From Curvularia clavata (taxonomy: Eukaryota), in assembly GCA_023920165.1 (NCBI GenBank), contig CP089275.1:3224001-3288000 (forward strand): a DNA stretch of 64,000 nt. The letters run 5' to 3'. A model generated the notes under the pieces. That model worked only from the letters and a program-made list of their open reading frames with translations. It made no database searches and was not told where the DNA came from. Of the stretch, positions 26,048 through 38,330 are shown piece by piece (within the stretch, counting starts at the first letter, position 1; every line of letters begins with the position of its first letter). The translations under genes were made by a program, and so were the position numbers.

Positions 26048-27150
26048 TCATGCTCAAGGCCTCTCACTCTTTTTTTCACATTCCCCTCTATATATCATAT
26101 GTTTGGTATGAAGTTTGATATTTCAAGAACTCTGTCGCTCCTCCAGACTAATATTCTTGTTTTCAACATCTTTCTCTTGGTTCTCTATAACTTTTCCTTT
26201 CTTTCCCCTCGTATATACTATATGTCTGGTTTGGAGTTTGATGCCCTAAAAGCTCTCCCATATCACATGGTCATGCTTCATCGACGATGGCTCATCATCT
26301 CTCCCATTCCATGCGACGCGGGCACCTAAATTGATCTTCGCTAAGAAGACAAAGCCATTGCCTGCCTCGTCGACTCCCACACTTGCATGGCCATTTCGGC
26401 CGTCTTCTTTCTCTTCTTTCTCATATCTTCCTCTCTGGTCTCTTCTTCTTACTCGCCCACAATGAGTTTATATATTGTGACTTTTGTTATTGCAAAAGAA
26501 TTCCAATTCTACCAGACACTAGTCTCGGTTGATCGAGAATGGAAGTGGTCTATGAAGCGTGCGCGTATCGCATACCCCGACGATCTGGACTAAACCGCAA
26601 CAACAGTTGCAGATGATACGACCACAGAAAAAACTGAGCCAACGAAAGGAAAGAATAGGGGACTTCATCCTCCTTCTGCTCAGGAAAAAAACAATACGGA
26701 CATCTGGGTTGACATTGACGACACGGGCAACCTACTTGCCCAGCCCGAGCCTGACAAGAAGATGGAAAAGCGACACGATATTAGCGATGGCATCTCGGAG
26801 TATGATATGCATGTTTGATAATTTATCTTTTGATGGGTTCATGAAAGATCATTCCGCTCTTACAAGACAGCCGGTCTTGGTGGATTGAAGACGGGAGTGA
26901 TTTAAGATTGAACGGTTCACCAAGCGATCTCATGTACCTTGTAACGTTTTGTATATTCTACGCAATTACACAGCTCCGCTTGAGAATCGAGATAAGGGCG
27001 ACTCAGCACAGCGATAGTCACCTAAACACTTTACCATAGCTTTGATCTGACAAATTCCGGCTTCGAAAACACCCTAGAAGCTCTCTGTCCCGGAACAACC
27101 GCCATCCTGCCACATCCTGGAAACACTGCTCACAAAGCAGATTAACGACC

Positions 27151-27405
27151 ATGAATCTCAAAAAATATATTACCATCATACAAGAATCACCATCGCTACT
27201 TCTTGACACGCTACGACAACTTCATGACCCTGCGCTTCGAGCGCCCGCAGATCTCCACGACCGAACAACGTCTGCGCCGCCGATAGCTCCGCGACTGTTG
27301 CACAATCCGCATTACCAAGCAGCCATGATATCGGTAGACTTTATCCGCGCTTCGGCCTGGCTACGCGCTCAATTCTCTGAGGATGTGGTATGTACTGGTG
27401 CCTAA
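27151..27405 (+). CDS. Possible small hypothetical protein (84 aa)
   Basis: ATG in accATG context and protein-like composition. No recognisable domain. Confidence 0.3.
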   Translation: MNLKKYITIIQESPSLLLDTLRQLHDPALRAPADLHDRTTSAPPIAPRLLHNPHYQAAMISVDFIRASAWLRAQFSEDVVCTGA

Positions 27406-27790
27406 GAATAGAAAATACGCCGCTTGGATATTCCAAACAAATGTTGGGGGCTATGTCTACGCGCGTATAATGCGATTAGGAAGAGAGCTTAATCTGACTC
27501 GCTCTCAAAAGAGGAATTTACCGATAAGGCCAACAATTGTATGTCGCAGTATGGTTTTGGGTGTAAAGTCTTCAATGCACTAGGTTGTCGCGCGCTTAAA
27601 ATGTAGCATGGCAGATCGGCGACTAGCCACTAAGAAGGCCTGAAATATCGACATCCTAAGCGCTTAACTTCGCAAAATCCTTATAATGACTCCTTTAGAT
27701 CGTGAATGCTGAGTTTCTAGCAGAGTAATTACACAGCGTTTCATTCTTGCCTTTAGTTTTCCCTTACAATTTTTTTATTGCAGCTTCACA

Positions 27791-30068
27791 ATGGGTGCGA
27801 TCGTGACGTTTGGGGGAGAGCAACAAGAACACAGAGACGATGGTGTGAATGAGCCACTGACATTAGCTTCAGCAGGCTTGTTGCCGTGGTCTGATATTAA
27901 GGTCACTGAGACCCCAGGTGGACTTTCGCCCGAGGTATGTATGGCAACGGTCATCTACTGAAAGCATTGAGCTGATAAGCAATATTCAGCCCGAACAGCA
28001 ACGGCGAATCCAGCGACTTCGAGAGATTGCTAAGCAGGAGAAGTTTGTTGCGCCTCCACTTGATGTTGACATAAGCAAACAACTCTGCGACAAATGTCGC
28101 ATGGTACCTTGGGATCAACTTACAACAGCTCAGCTGCCAGGTCCAGCCGGAGTTCGCGTTCTCTTTGAAATCCACGAGACTCGTGAAATGCTCCTAAATT
28201 CACATTGCTTGGTATGCAAGTTTCTTGGTTCCATTTGGCCAGAGGGCGTGTTCCTAGATCGATGCTTTCTAGGGATGAGATGCTTGTGCAACATGCTGTC
28301 TGAGCAAGCAACCAGTCGCCACCATTCTCCCGGTTACGACCACAGCCCGCAGTTCCAGCTGTCCGGACATGGGAAAAATACACAACTTTGGAGTTCCGAA
28401 AACTTCGGTATCCTACATCCGTGGTCGAGGCACGATGAGCTGGCGCCTCGCCGAATCGATACTGACCGCATCAACATTGAGCTAATCAGAGGATGGCTTG
28501 AAATGTGCAAAAATTCTCACAAACATGAATTTTCAGGCCCGAGAGGTAAGGAAAATGTCCCAGGGTTCAAGGTTATCGATTGCCAGACGAAGCGCGTCGT
28601 TCCAGTCGCACACGACATCTGTCGATATGTTGCACTATCGTATGTTTGGGGCAAGAAGTCGGAAGAGCAGCAAATAGGACAATACCCTAAGACCATCGAA
28701 GATGCAATTGCAGTGTGTAAAATGCTAGAGTACGAGTACCTCTGGGTTGACCGATACGTAAGATGACCCGAAAATACCCCTATACCCTGAACAGTATGAT
28801 GACAACTATAGTGTATCGACCAAAACAACAAAGAAGAGCAGAGCATTCAGATCAACATGATGGACTGCATCTATTCGCAAGCAGATTTAACAATAGTCGC
28901 TACAGATGAAGGCCCGACGAAAGGTCTGCCTGGTGCCGGATCAAGACCTCGTAAGAAGCAACAATATTGTGACTTGGGCTGTGTTGAGTTGATCAAAACT
29001 TATCATACCGATGAGGCGATCTCGCGATCTACATGGGCAACTCGTGGCTGGACATTTCAGGAGGGATATCTGTCGAGAAGAAAGTTATTTATCACTGAAA
29101 ACGAGGCCGTCTACCTGTGCGACAATATGTACTGCCAAGAATCGATACGTAGGGACATCCCAACCCGACAAACAGAGCAGGGCCAGGGGCTTGCTGGCGA
29201 AGCGCTGAGTGGCATTTCCCCAAGGTCAACCAACGAAAGAAAAGGCCGAGTTGAGATAGATGACCTCTTGAACGAGTACAATAGCAGGGACCTGTCATAT
29301 GATTCAGATGCCCTGAACGCATGTCAAGGCATTTTGAGAGGTCTTTCTATACCGCATAACTGGGGACACGCCATTATGCCACTATCCTGGTGGGACAAGG
29401 ATCGGCGACCACAAGGACCATGGACGCTGAATCTTTACTGGGAATCTGACGAGCCTGGTATCCGACGCGAAGAATTCCCCAGCTGGTCCTGGGTGGGGTG
29501 GAAAAGTTCCAAGACATTCGCCAACTACGACCACTACTTCGCCGACGCTGCCACGATTGAGGTGAAATCGACGACAGGGGAGTGGTTGGGGCTGGAGCGA
29601 TGCTTTAATCGAAAGGATGGCATATTAGTGACTGCTCTGTCACAACGCATACGCATCACAGGTTTAGTGGTGCAACTAGCGCCGTACGTTGTCAACGAGA
29701 CTTGGATCAAGGACCACATGCCTGGGTATCACGCAACACACAAAGGGCCTCATGTCGTCTTGCCATACTCACAAAATGTCGATATTGTGGCAACAGTGCA
29801 CCTAGACAAGAAGGACACAGATGCAGACATTTTGAAGGATGCAGTGGGCCTGCTTATCAACCAACATCGAAAGAGAAGATATCGCGGCATAATGCTGTTG
29901 TTGAAGCCGAACGGAGACCACTATCACCGAGTTGGAACTCTCCATTGCCGCAATCTCGGTGTGTTCAAGAACCAGAGAGATTTCACTCAGTCGAAAAGGA
30001 TTTTGAAAGAAGAGGATGGCTGCTTCTGGCTGAAGGATTTCACTCAAAAAGCTGTTGAAGTCGAGTAA
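27791..30068 (+). CDS. HET-domain (heterokaryon incompatibility, TIR-related) protein
   Basis: Exons 27791-27934, 27990-28757, 28812-30068. HET motifs YVALSYVWG, PKTIEDAI, YLWVDRYCIDQ, QINMMDCIYSQADLTIVA, WATRGWTFQE; C-terminal FPSWSWVGW; N-terminal CxxC pairs. Confidence 0.92.
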
Positions 30069-30568
30069 GATTTACGAGATTGATAGCGACCGTGTTTGCG
30101 ATATTTTTGGATGTCTTCAGAGGTATAGCCTCGCGTGTATTTCGGATGTTGATGTCGTAACGTTCAAAATGCCAGTAGTGACGTAGTGAGTAAGAGCGTT
30201 GTCAGCTAGTTATAAGGAAGGGCTGAAAGCCTAACCATACCTGGTCAGTGCTTGACCCATCAGCTACGACCTATTATCCAAATTCGTTTCCGGACTCCAC
30301 ATCGCTGAATCCTTTATAGCACAGCCACGATCGAATCCATGTTTAGATCGCTGGGTAAAGGCAACCACTGAATCATGTGGCGCCAGCAGTCAGCACCCGC
30401 AGAGGGCGTGTCGCTTCTGAAACGCGCGTGTGATTGAGCCATCACCCGCCATCTTATTGTGCCCCTCCCCCACTTTGATCGCATAACGATCGTCTCCTGC
30501 GCGCGTCGCACACAGAGCAATACTCTTCCTTTCTGTTTTGCTGCCCATTCGGCATCACAAAACGCGAC

Positions 30569-31524
30569 ATGGCAAGCCAGGATTACTACGGGCAGGGTCA
30601 AGGCTACGGGTATAGCCACGAGGGCGCAAGCCAGCGGCAATGGGGCGCTGGGGATAGCAACCAAGGCTATTCTCAGGCTCCAGGCTATGGCCAACAACAC
30701 GACCAGTATGGCCAAGCGAGCCACAGTCCTTATCCACCAGCGCAGGTTAGAGAACTCGCGCGCCGTCAGCGCAAATGGTCGCATCCACATCCAGTCGCTG
30801 ATCGCTTTGTAGAGCCCTTACCCGCCTCCTTCGCATGATGCTTATGGACAGCCCCAAAATGGCTATGGCGCTCCACCTGGAGACCAGTACCAGCATGGCC
30901 ATGATCCAAACCGCAGTACTTCCCCATATCCACCTCCAGCACACCACCAGCAAGCCTATCACGACCCAAACCAGCAGTACGGCGCCCCTCAGCAGCAGGG
31001 CCATCACGATCCCCAGCAAGGTTACGGCGCACCCCAATACGGCCAACCTGGCGCACCAGGTGGCCCTGAGGAAGGAGATCGCGGTCTAGGTTCTACTTTG
31101 ATCGGAGGAGCAGGCGGTGCTTTCCTTGGAAACAAGCTTGGTGGTGGTACGCTTGGCACTCTAGGAGGCGCACTCTTGGGCGCTGTCACAGCCAACATGG
31201 TGCCTGATAAGTAAGCCAGATGACCCCTAGAATCTCCTATAGAGCCTTTGCTGATGTATGTGCAGGAAGGAGAAGAAGAAGCACAAGAAGAAGCATAGCG
31301 GCAGCCACAGTTCTCATCACTCTCACCATGGGTCACATGATGGCTCGCATCATGGCTCGCATCATGGCTCGCATCATGGATCTCACCACGGGTCGCATCA
31401 CGGATCCTCGCACCATTCACACCGTAGCTCTTCTGGGCACAAGCACAGGCACAAGAGCCACAGCCGTAGCCACAGTAGGGGAGGCAGAAGCAGTTCTAGT
31501 TCTAGCAGTAGCGACTCGGATTAG
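30569..31524 (+). CDS. Gln/Tyr/Gly/Pro-rich (prion-like) protein with glycine-zipper 2TM-like segment and His/Ser-rich tail
   Basis: Exons 30569-30745, 30813-31210, 31266-31524. Sequence runs MASQDYYGQGQGYG...; EEGDRGLGSTLIGGAGGAFLGNKLGGGTLGTLGGALLGAVTA; KKEKKKHKKKH; GSHD(GSHH)5. Confidence 0.85.
31330..31401 (+). repeat. 12-nt coding tandem repeat, 6 units (GSHD/GSHH)
   Basis: ggctcgcatcat units, three identical and three variant. Confidence 0.85.
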
Positions 31525-32571
31525 ACGTTGCAGAAACATGGAGAACTCGTCTTATCCGATGCAATGTACCATCTGCTTCGCAAATATGATGCGTTTTTAT
31601 TAGTATTGATTGTTTTGGTTAGCAATGCGTCGGTAGCCATAGCTGCAATAATGAGATCGCGTTGCGTTTGTTTGCTTCCTGAACCCTCCTTGTGTCAGGG
31701 TGCCTGGCGTATCTCACCACCACAAACGCATACTGAACATCTCCCTAGCAACTGTTCCAACACCTGAATTTATCTCTTCGTGTATATAAATGGCAAAATT
31801 AGCTATCTTTCTATCAAGCGTCACTCGTCTTGCCTCACTGGGTGGGTCCCCTAGCAATAATAGTTCCATAGTGGTTAGCACTATGACTAGAACTGGGTTG
31901 CTCGCTAGGGGAGCGCCTGTCGGCCGTAGGACCAGAGTTCGATTCGGAACAAACCCAATATCCGACTCGAATGCGAGTCTGATCCGGAAGACAGGTGTAG
32001 GGCAACGGAGGCACAGAGGAGTCGACGGCATTGACAAAAATCAAATCGCTTGATATTTAGTCAGAGGCTTGATGAAAATCGAGTCCTTGAATAAGTATTA
32101 GGCGATTTGATTTTTGCCTCTTTTTGCTGTCTACAACGAAAGTTCGCAGTGAAAGAAGTAGATGTAGTAGCACGTGACGTAAGGTGGCTGTTTTCTTGGA
32201 ATAGAGAGCTTCTTACTCTATCTACTATTTTCGCATATAGAATTTATGTTAGATATCTAGCTGTATATATACTCTAACTGTAAAGTCTAGATACTAATTT
32301 AAATATCTTACCATAGTATTAGTATAGATCTATGGCATACATCCATGCCCATCCACAGACTTCGACAGTGGGTCCGTCAGAACCCTGACCTTTGCTCAAA
32401 CAGGCTAAGCGCATCGCAGCCCTTTTCTCCACCAAGTTACTCATCTCGCCGCCGCAAATTCCAAAATAGCCCCGCAACCGCCCTTGTGAAGTTGCAGATT
32501 TAGTTTCCGCCAGATACTTTCCGTCGCTGCGAAAGATATCTAGGCGTGTCAAATCGCAAAAGTCACAAACC

Positions 32572-35358
32572 ATGGCCGACGTATTTTTAAGTTTCTTCCG
32601 CAGTTCGCTGCCTGACGAACTGGCGGCGGTAATCGAGAGTACCATCAAGGCGACCGAATCAGGAGATTTCCAGTCTGTGCTTCAGTCGCCAGAAGCACAG
32701 ATATTGCTGGGCCACCAGGACGATGAGACGACCAAGAACGTCAAGAGAAGCGATTTTGGGCTCTGGAGCGACTACATTTTCCACCGTCTTGGGCTGATAC
32801 TGGCAAAGCGAAATGAAGAAGAGTCTACGCCCGCAAACCAAACTGCGTTGTACCGGCAGCATGTCTACTTCTTGATTGCAGTCGCGGCATTGCATGCATT
32901 CATACAATCAAATGTTACAGGTCCTCCACTGCCTTTCAAATCGGCAGAAGTGCTGCTGTCAAAGGATATTGCAGGCGACGCCAAAGCCCTGGCCAAAACA
33001 CGCGAAGAACTTATCGCATCGTTGAACGCTGATGGCGTTGCAGCATATAGACTTACACCCAATGTCGAGCTGCTGTGCTTGGCAGACACCATCCTCATCA
33101 GCCCGCCCATTCAGAAGAATATTCCAGCTTCAGTTTGGACTAGGCTACGAGTCAACTTCATCCATCAGCGGCTACTTAGCGAGCCAGCTCCAGGCCTCCA
33201 GAATACAATCTATGATGAGCTGAGGGCTGTAGAAGACCTTATCCAGAACTCCGGAAAGAGCGCGGAAATCAAGGACCTGCACTCCACATTCCTGCTCGAG
33301 CGTGCCTCTATCCACACACACCATGGTTTCGATAAGAAAGCCCGCGCGGATCTCGACCAAGCCGCCTCGGAACGCAAGTTCGAGTTCGCACTGACGGGAT
33401 TGATGGGCAAGAGGACAAAGTTCCAGCAAAAAGACACCAGCCAACTTACTGTGCTGGCCCGAAGTGCGGAATCAGAAGCTAACGGGACGTCGGAGGAAAC
33501 ATCCAAGCCCAAGAAACTGGATCTGAACGACGACACGCTGCTCGAATCCATATCATTCACTCACAACACTGCGTCCACTGAGATCAAAGATGAATCGGAA
33601 ATCCCGGCCTCACTTCGCGATATGGACCCGTCGAACCAGCCTCTGCTCGATCCCCTCGACTCCGTCATTATGCTCTCTCTAGCAGAAAGTATCAAAAACA
33701 CGAACCCCGCAGATGGACTTACGCGCGAGCAAACGGAGCCGTATGCGACAAGAGTGCTCGAGGGCGGAAGCTCAAACTGGCAGGTCTACACGCAAGCACT
33801 CCTCGTGCGCAGTCGCATCGAGGGATACAAGTCGCGTACCATGGAGCGAGGCTTGTTGCAACTCCAAGCGCTCGTTGATCAAGTCATTGTAGAGACGTCG
33901 GGCGATGCTACGACTGACGCGGAGACGGGGGAGAAGGTGACTTCGTTCCTTCCAAAAGCGAAGCAGGATGAGTCAGCGCCGGTGGAAGAGCGTCTACGCT
34001 ATGTCTTCCCACTGTGTGCGCCCTCGCGATGGGAGCTAGAGGCTGAACTTGCATCACGCTGGGTATCGCTAGGTGGACTGCGATCCGCACTTGAGATCTA
34101 CGAGAGATTGGAGATGTGGGCTGAAGCCGCGCTGTGCTATGCTGCTACTGAGAAGGAAGAGCGAGCACGCAAGATGATTAGGCGACAGCTTTTCCACGCC
34201 ACCAACGGCAACGATGAGAATGTGGACCTGGACGCTGAAAAGTGGGAGGGAGCGGAACGGGATCCACCACCCGCCGAAGCACCGCGATACTACTGTATCC
34301 TTGGTGATCTAGACAACGACCTGTCACAGTACGAAAAAGCATGGGAAGTCTCTGGAAAACGGTATGCTCGGGCTCAGCGATCCCTCGGCCAGCGCTACAT
34401 CGCAGCGCGCGACTACGAGAAAGCCGCCGAAGCCTATTCACTCTCGTTGAAAATCACTCCTCTAAGCCACCCAGCCTGGTTCGCCCTCGGCTGCGCCTAC
34501 CTTGAGCTCCAGCAATTCAAGAATGCAGTAGAAGCCTACTCGCGCTGTGTGCAGCTCGACGACCAAGACGCAGAAGCATGGAGCAACCTCGCCGCGGCGC
34601 TTCTACACCTACGACCCAGGGTAACAGAAAACGAAAACGGAGAAGTAGAAGAGAGACAAGTAACCAACCACCCTCGTACCGACGCACTCAAAGCCTTCAA
34701 GCGCGCAGCAACCATCAAACACAACGACTACCGCATCTGGAACAACGTCCTCGCCGTCGCCGCATCCACGAATCCTCCCTCATGGACCGACGTCGTTACC
34801 GCCCAGCGCCGCCTGTGCGAGCTCCGCGGCTCAACCGACGGCGAGAAGTGTGTAGATGCCGAGATTCTGAATATGCTCGTCAAGCACGTTGTAACTGCTG
34901 ACGAAGGCTTTGATATCTCGCGCCCGGGCCTCGCACGTATGGCCAGCGAACTTGTAGAGAAACACGTAAAGCCGCTCATCACTGCATCCCCGCATCTTTG
35001 GCTCATTGTTGCGACGCTGTACACGCACACGCAGCGTCCGGCGTCGGCGCTTGAGTGCCATGAGAAGGCGTGGCGGGCGGTCACGGCGCAACCCAAGTGG
35101 GAGGCTGGCACCGAGGCCGAGTGGAATGCTGTTGTGGATATGACGGTTGATTTGGTGGATGCGTATGAGTCGCTGGGCCCGCGTGAGCGTACCGAAGGTC
35201 TGAGCGCGGGTAGTGGCGAGGTGGTGGCTAAGGATTGGAAGTTTAAGAGTAGGAGTGCAGTGAGGAGCGTTATGGGTAAGGGAAAAGATAATTGGGAAGA
35301 CACGCCCGGGTGGAATAGGTTGGTGGAGAGGTTGGAGGAGTTGAAGACGAGGGAGTAG
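32572..35358 (+). CDS. EMW1: TPR protein EMW1 / TTC27 orthologue
   Basis: Intronless 928-aa ORF with FIQSNVTGP, LTGLMGKRTKFQQ, LDLNDDTLLE, SSNWQVYTQALLVRSRIE and C-terminal TPRs (WFALGCAYL, EAWSNLAA). Confidence 0.88.
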   Translation: MADVFLSFFRSSLPDELAAVIESTIKATESGDFQSVLQSPEAQILLGHQDDETTKNVKRSDFGLWSDYIFHRLGLILAKRNEEESTPANQTALYRQHVYFLIAVAALHAFIQSNVTGPPLPFKSAEVLLSKDIAGDAKALAKTREELIASLNADGVAAYRLTPNVELLCLADTILISPPIQKNIPASVWTRLRVNFIHQRLLSEPAPGLQNTIYDELRAVEDLIQNSGKSAEIKDLHSTFLLERASIHTHHGFDKKARADLDQAASERKFEFALTGLMGKRTKFQQKDTSQLTVLARSAESEANGTSEETSKPKKLDLNDDTLLESISFTHNTASTEIKDESEIPASLRDMDPSNQPLLDPLDSVIMLSLAESIKNTNPADGLTREQTEPYATRVLEGGSSNWQVYTQALLVRSRIEGYKSRTMERGLLQLQALVDQVIVETSGDATTDAETGEKVTSFLPKAKQDESAPVEERLRYVFPLCAPSRWELEAELASRWVSLGGLRSALEIYERLEMWAEAALCYAATEKEERARKMIRRQLFHATNGNDENVDLDAEKWEGAERDPPPAEAPRYYCILGDLDNDLSQYEKAWEVSGKRYARAQRSLGQRYIAARDYEKAAEAYSLSLKITPLSHPAWFALGCAYLELQQFKNAVEAYSRCVQLDDQDAEAWSNLAAALLHLRPRVTENENGEVEERQVTNHPRTDALKAFKRAATIKHNDYRIWNNVLAVAASTNPPSWTDVVTAQRRLCELRGSTDGEKCVDAEILNMLVKHVVTADEGFDISRPGLARMASELVEKHVKPLITASPHLWLIVATLYTHTQRPASALECHEKAWRAVTAQPKWEAGTEAEWNAVVDMTVDLVDAYESLGPRERTEGLSAGSGEVVAKDWKFKSRSAVRSVMGKGKDNWEDTPGWNRLVERLEELKTRE

Positions 35359-38257
35359 GGAGGTTGTCTGGTAGAAAGCTGTAGATACGTGTTGTACAGT
35401 TGCGGAGTCAAGCGTCAAAATTTGGTAGAACGTAACTTATTTTACTTGAACGTTCAGTTGTCTTCTTTTACCCAAAATAATCCTCGTCCCCAAGAGTGTT
35501 TGGGTGTATCACGACATTGTCTCGTCGTCATGCTTCTCATCAACGAAGTCAGTTTACCGACGTCCCTATTCCCACTTTAGCATGTAACCTACAACTCCGC
35601 ACAATAACACGCCGATGGGCTCGTGACATACTCTTGCACTCCGCCTTGCGCAGCACCACAGCATCGTGTTCCCCGCTCTCCTCGGTGGCGATTTGAAACG
35701 CCGTTAGACGTGCATAATGTGCAGGCGTGATCTTGTGTCCAAGCACACCCTAAAAGTTCCCCCGTAGGCTTTGTCCTTGGCTGAGACTGTCTCTTTTCTA
35801 GAATGCCTGATTTTTATTGGTGGGGGAATTGGTGTAACGAGATGCAGGATATACCCGACAACCGGGTTCGCGAGGAGGTAGAGCTGCAAATGGATTCTGG
35901 CATGAAGGTTCTGCAGCTGTGGATAAGCTTGAGAACACGAGGGACATCAGTGACCGTCAGCATCCTGGGTGTAGTTTGGGCCTCAAAGAATTATTATATA
36001 GTGTGTTTAGAGCTGACATGTTGTCCAGTTTTTGTTCGAGTCAGCAACCATTGAATTATTCTGTATGGAAAAAGAGCAAGCACTCATCAAACTAGATACG
36101 GAGGGACATGTTGAGGGGCTCGACCGAAGTGACAGCCGGAAGAGTCGCCAAAGTCGGTGTCGAGCTGCTGACGGTGGCTTAACACTGCTGTTAAGTCTGA
36201 ACAAGAAGCGAAGCCAAGACGCTTGCATGTAGATTCTGTGAAGAATGACGAAAGTGGTCGTAGCTCCGCATGGCGTAGTCGACGTGACGATGGAAATCTT
36301 TGTGCTCACTCTGTGGTACCCCGACAGCAGCCTATGGCCTGGGAGCTTCTGAAGCACAAGGCCCGTTGGCAAGATTGCACAAGCTGGCTTTGGTGTTGAC
36401 GAGGCATCGCCAAGTCGTTGTTGACTCAACCTACTAGTACGACTGACAAACGGATCGAGGCAACCGTTTGCGACGGGCAAGAGAGAGAGAGAGCAGAGGG
36501 ACCTCGTGCCATGTGGCTCGCGATTACATAACATCTGACTGCAGCAACCCCCAGCATGTACTACAATCAGTGGAAGGCGTGTTTCAGATGGTGAGAGCAA
36601 GGGCCCGGCATCGTGGCAGACGTCCTCGTGGGAATAACCCTGTTGGCAGTGAGGAGGTGTTCAAGCCATGTTACGTTTGCTCCCGGTCGGAAGGTCAGAG
36701 CAGCAAGGCCGGGAGGGGGGTGACTGCAGTCATCCGCTGGCCTAAAAGGAGGTGTCATGAGGTCTTCGCAGCAGATAAATTGAGGGTGCCGGGGCGAACA
36801 AACGCGTGCGTGTTGTTGCAGTGCGGACAACGCCCAGTCACTTTCTGGGGAGTCACGACGATGGTGAGCAGGGTGAGTTAGCTGTTTGACGATGCAGTCT
36901 GATAAGGGTTGGTGAGAAGAGCATGACGGCGATGCCGGGCACTCGGTGCTTGGGTGTTGTGAGGGGTGCACCAGAGGGGCTGCGAGGCGCGGAGTGTGTT
37001 GGTTGGTAGGGGAGGAATGGAGCCAGCGATGCTATTGTCAGATTACCCATCTATCGTGGTGGACCAAACGCAGCAGCCCCATGAGGCAAGGCGGCGGTGG
37101 TATCCGAGAGAGTAGAGAGTGCATGCATTGCCGGAATTGGCGACTATGGCGAAATCCAGGTGGCAGCCTGGTTGGCGGTGATTCCTAGAGGGAGATATTA
37201 TGGGGGAAGCGCTGAGAGGTTAATGCCCTGTTTCTGGTCACGGGCGGCTTACACACAGCCACGGAAAGGCCGCTAAGGAACGGTTCGGGGCAAAGGCAGT
37301 GGGTAATACGGTATCAGCTTTTCTAAGAATACGTAGAGGCCTCGCTGACCATTTTCTGGTTGGAGGGGCAGCGCGAGGCCTAAGGCGGGCCGGCGAGAGC
37401 GAGAGCAAGGTGAAGTCAGGGACGGGCGGCAGCAGCAGACGGATAGGGTACGGACGGCAGCATGATGCGAGAGCAGAGGAGAGGAGAGGAGGCTGGGAGA
37501 TGAGAGACGGGGGTAGAGCAGGGCAGGGCAGGGCAGAGCAGAGCAGAGGCGGGAGTCCGAGCGAAGGAGACTCGGGGGCGGTAGAGCAAAGTCAGCCTCA
37601 TGATGCGGAAGGAGCGGCGGGCGGGTGTTGTCGCGTTGTTCCCGATCAGGCGGGACACAAACAGAATGACGCAGCAGGCCGCCCAGCAAGGCAGGCAGGC
37701 ACGCTGGCGGGCACGGAAGGTGCGTTCCGCCGTGTCGCGGGCTCGAGGCGCGCCTTCCGCATCAGCGCGGGCAGACGTGTATACAGAGGCAGAGGCGGCA
37801 AAGGCGGCGACAAAGGCGACGACGACGATGGATACAAAGCGCCATGGTCCAACAGCAGCAGCATCAGTCAAGATGGTCGCGGTGCCTGGCAGCGGCGAGG
37901 GCGGCGGTGGTGCACAGCATGGACAGGGATCTTGACGATTGGCCGGCTGCAAGCCACACCAGAAATAGACGGCCGTGGTAGAGCGGTAGACGCCACGGCT
38001 CACCACACTCCAACATCGTCGTGCATGTCTGCCCTCACCACCAGAAGACTCGCTGGGGCCGGCCTGGGCACCGCTGCGCATTGGCTGCTGCCCGCAGCCA
38101 TGTGCTGTCACGGCCACCACTCAGTGCGGCCACCCCTCTGGCGCCCCCGTGCCGGGCCTCAGGCTCATCAAGCCTCGCCCTGACAGCTGTCGACGCTGCT
38201 GCTGATGCTCACCATGTATATCATCGTCAAGGTCACCGCCCGCCTTGGGCCCCGCCA

Positions 38258-38330
38258 TGCTGCTGCTGCTGTTGCTGCTGCTATTACTGCTATTGCTGCC
38301 ACCGCCGCCGCCGCCGCCGCTGCTGCTCCT
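38258..38330. repeat. Imperfect (GCT)n/(GCC)n microsatellite in the medA upstream region
   Basis: tgctgctgctgctgttgctgctgctattactgctattgctgccaccgccgccgccgccgccgctgctgct. Confidence 0.8.

Noticed and set aside
31714..32053. Overlapping short ORFs between the His-rich gene and EMW1
   Set aside because: No motif or splice support; possibly a relic but not assignable.
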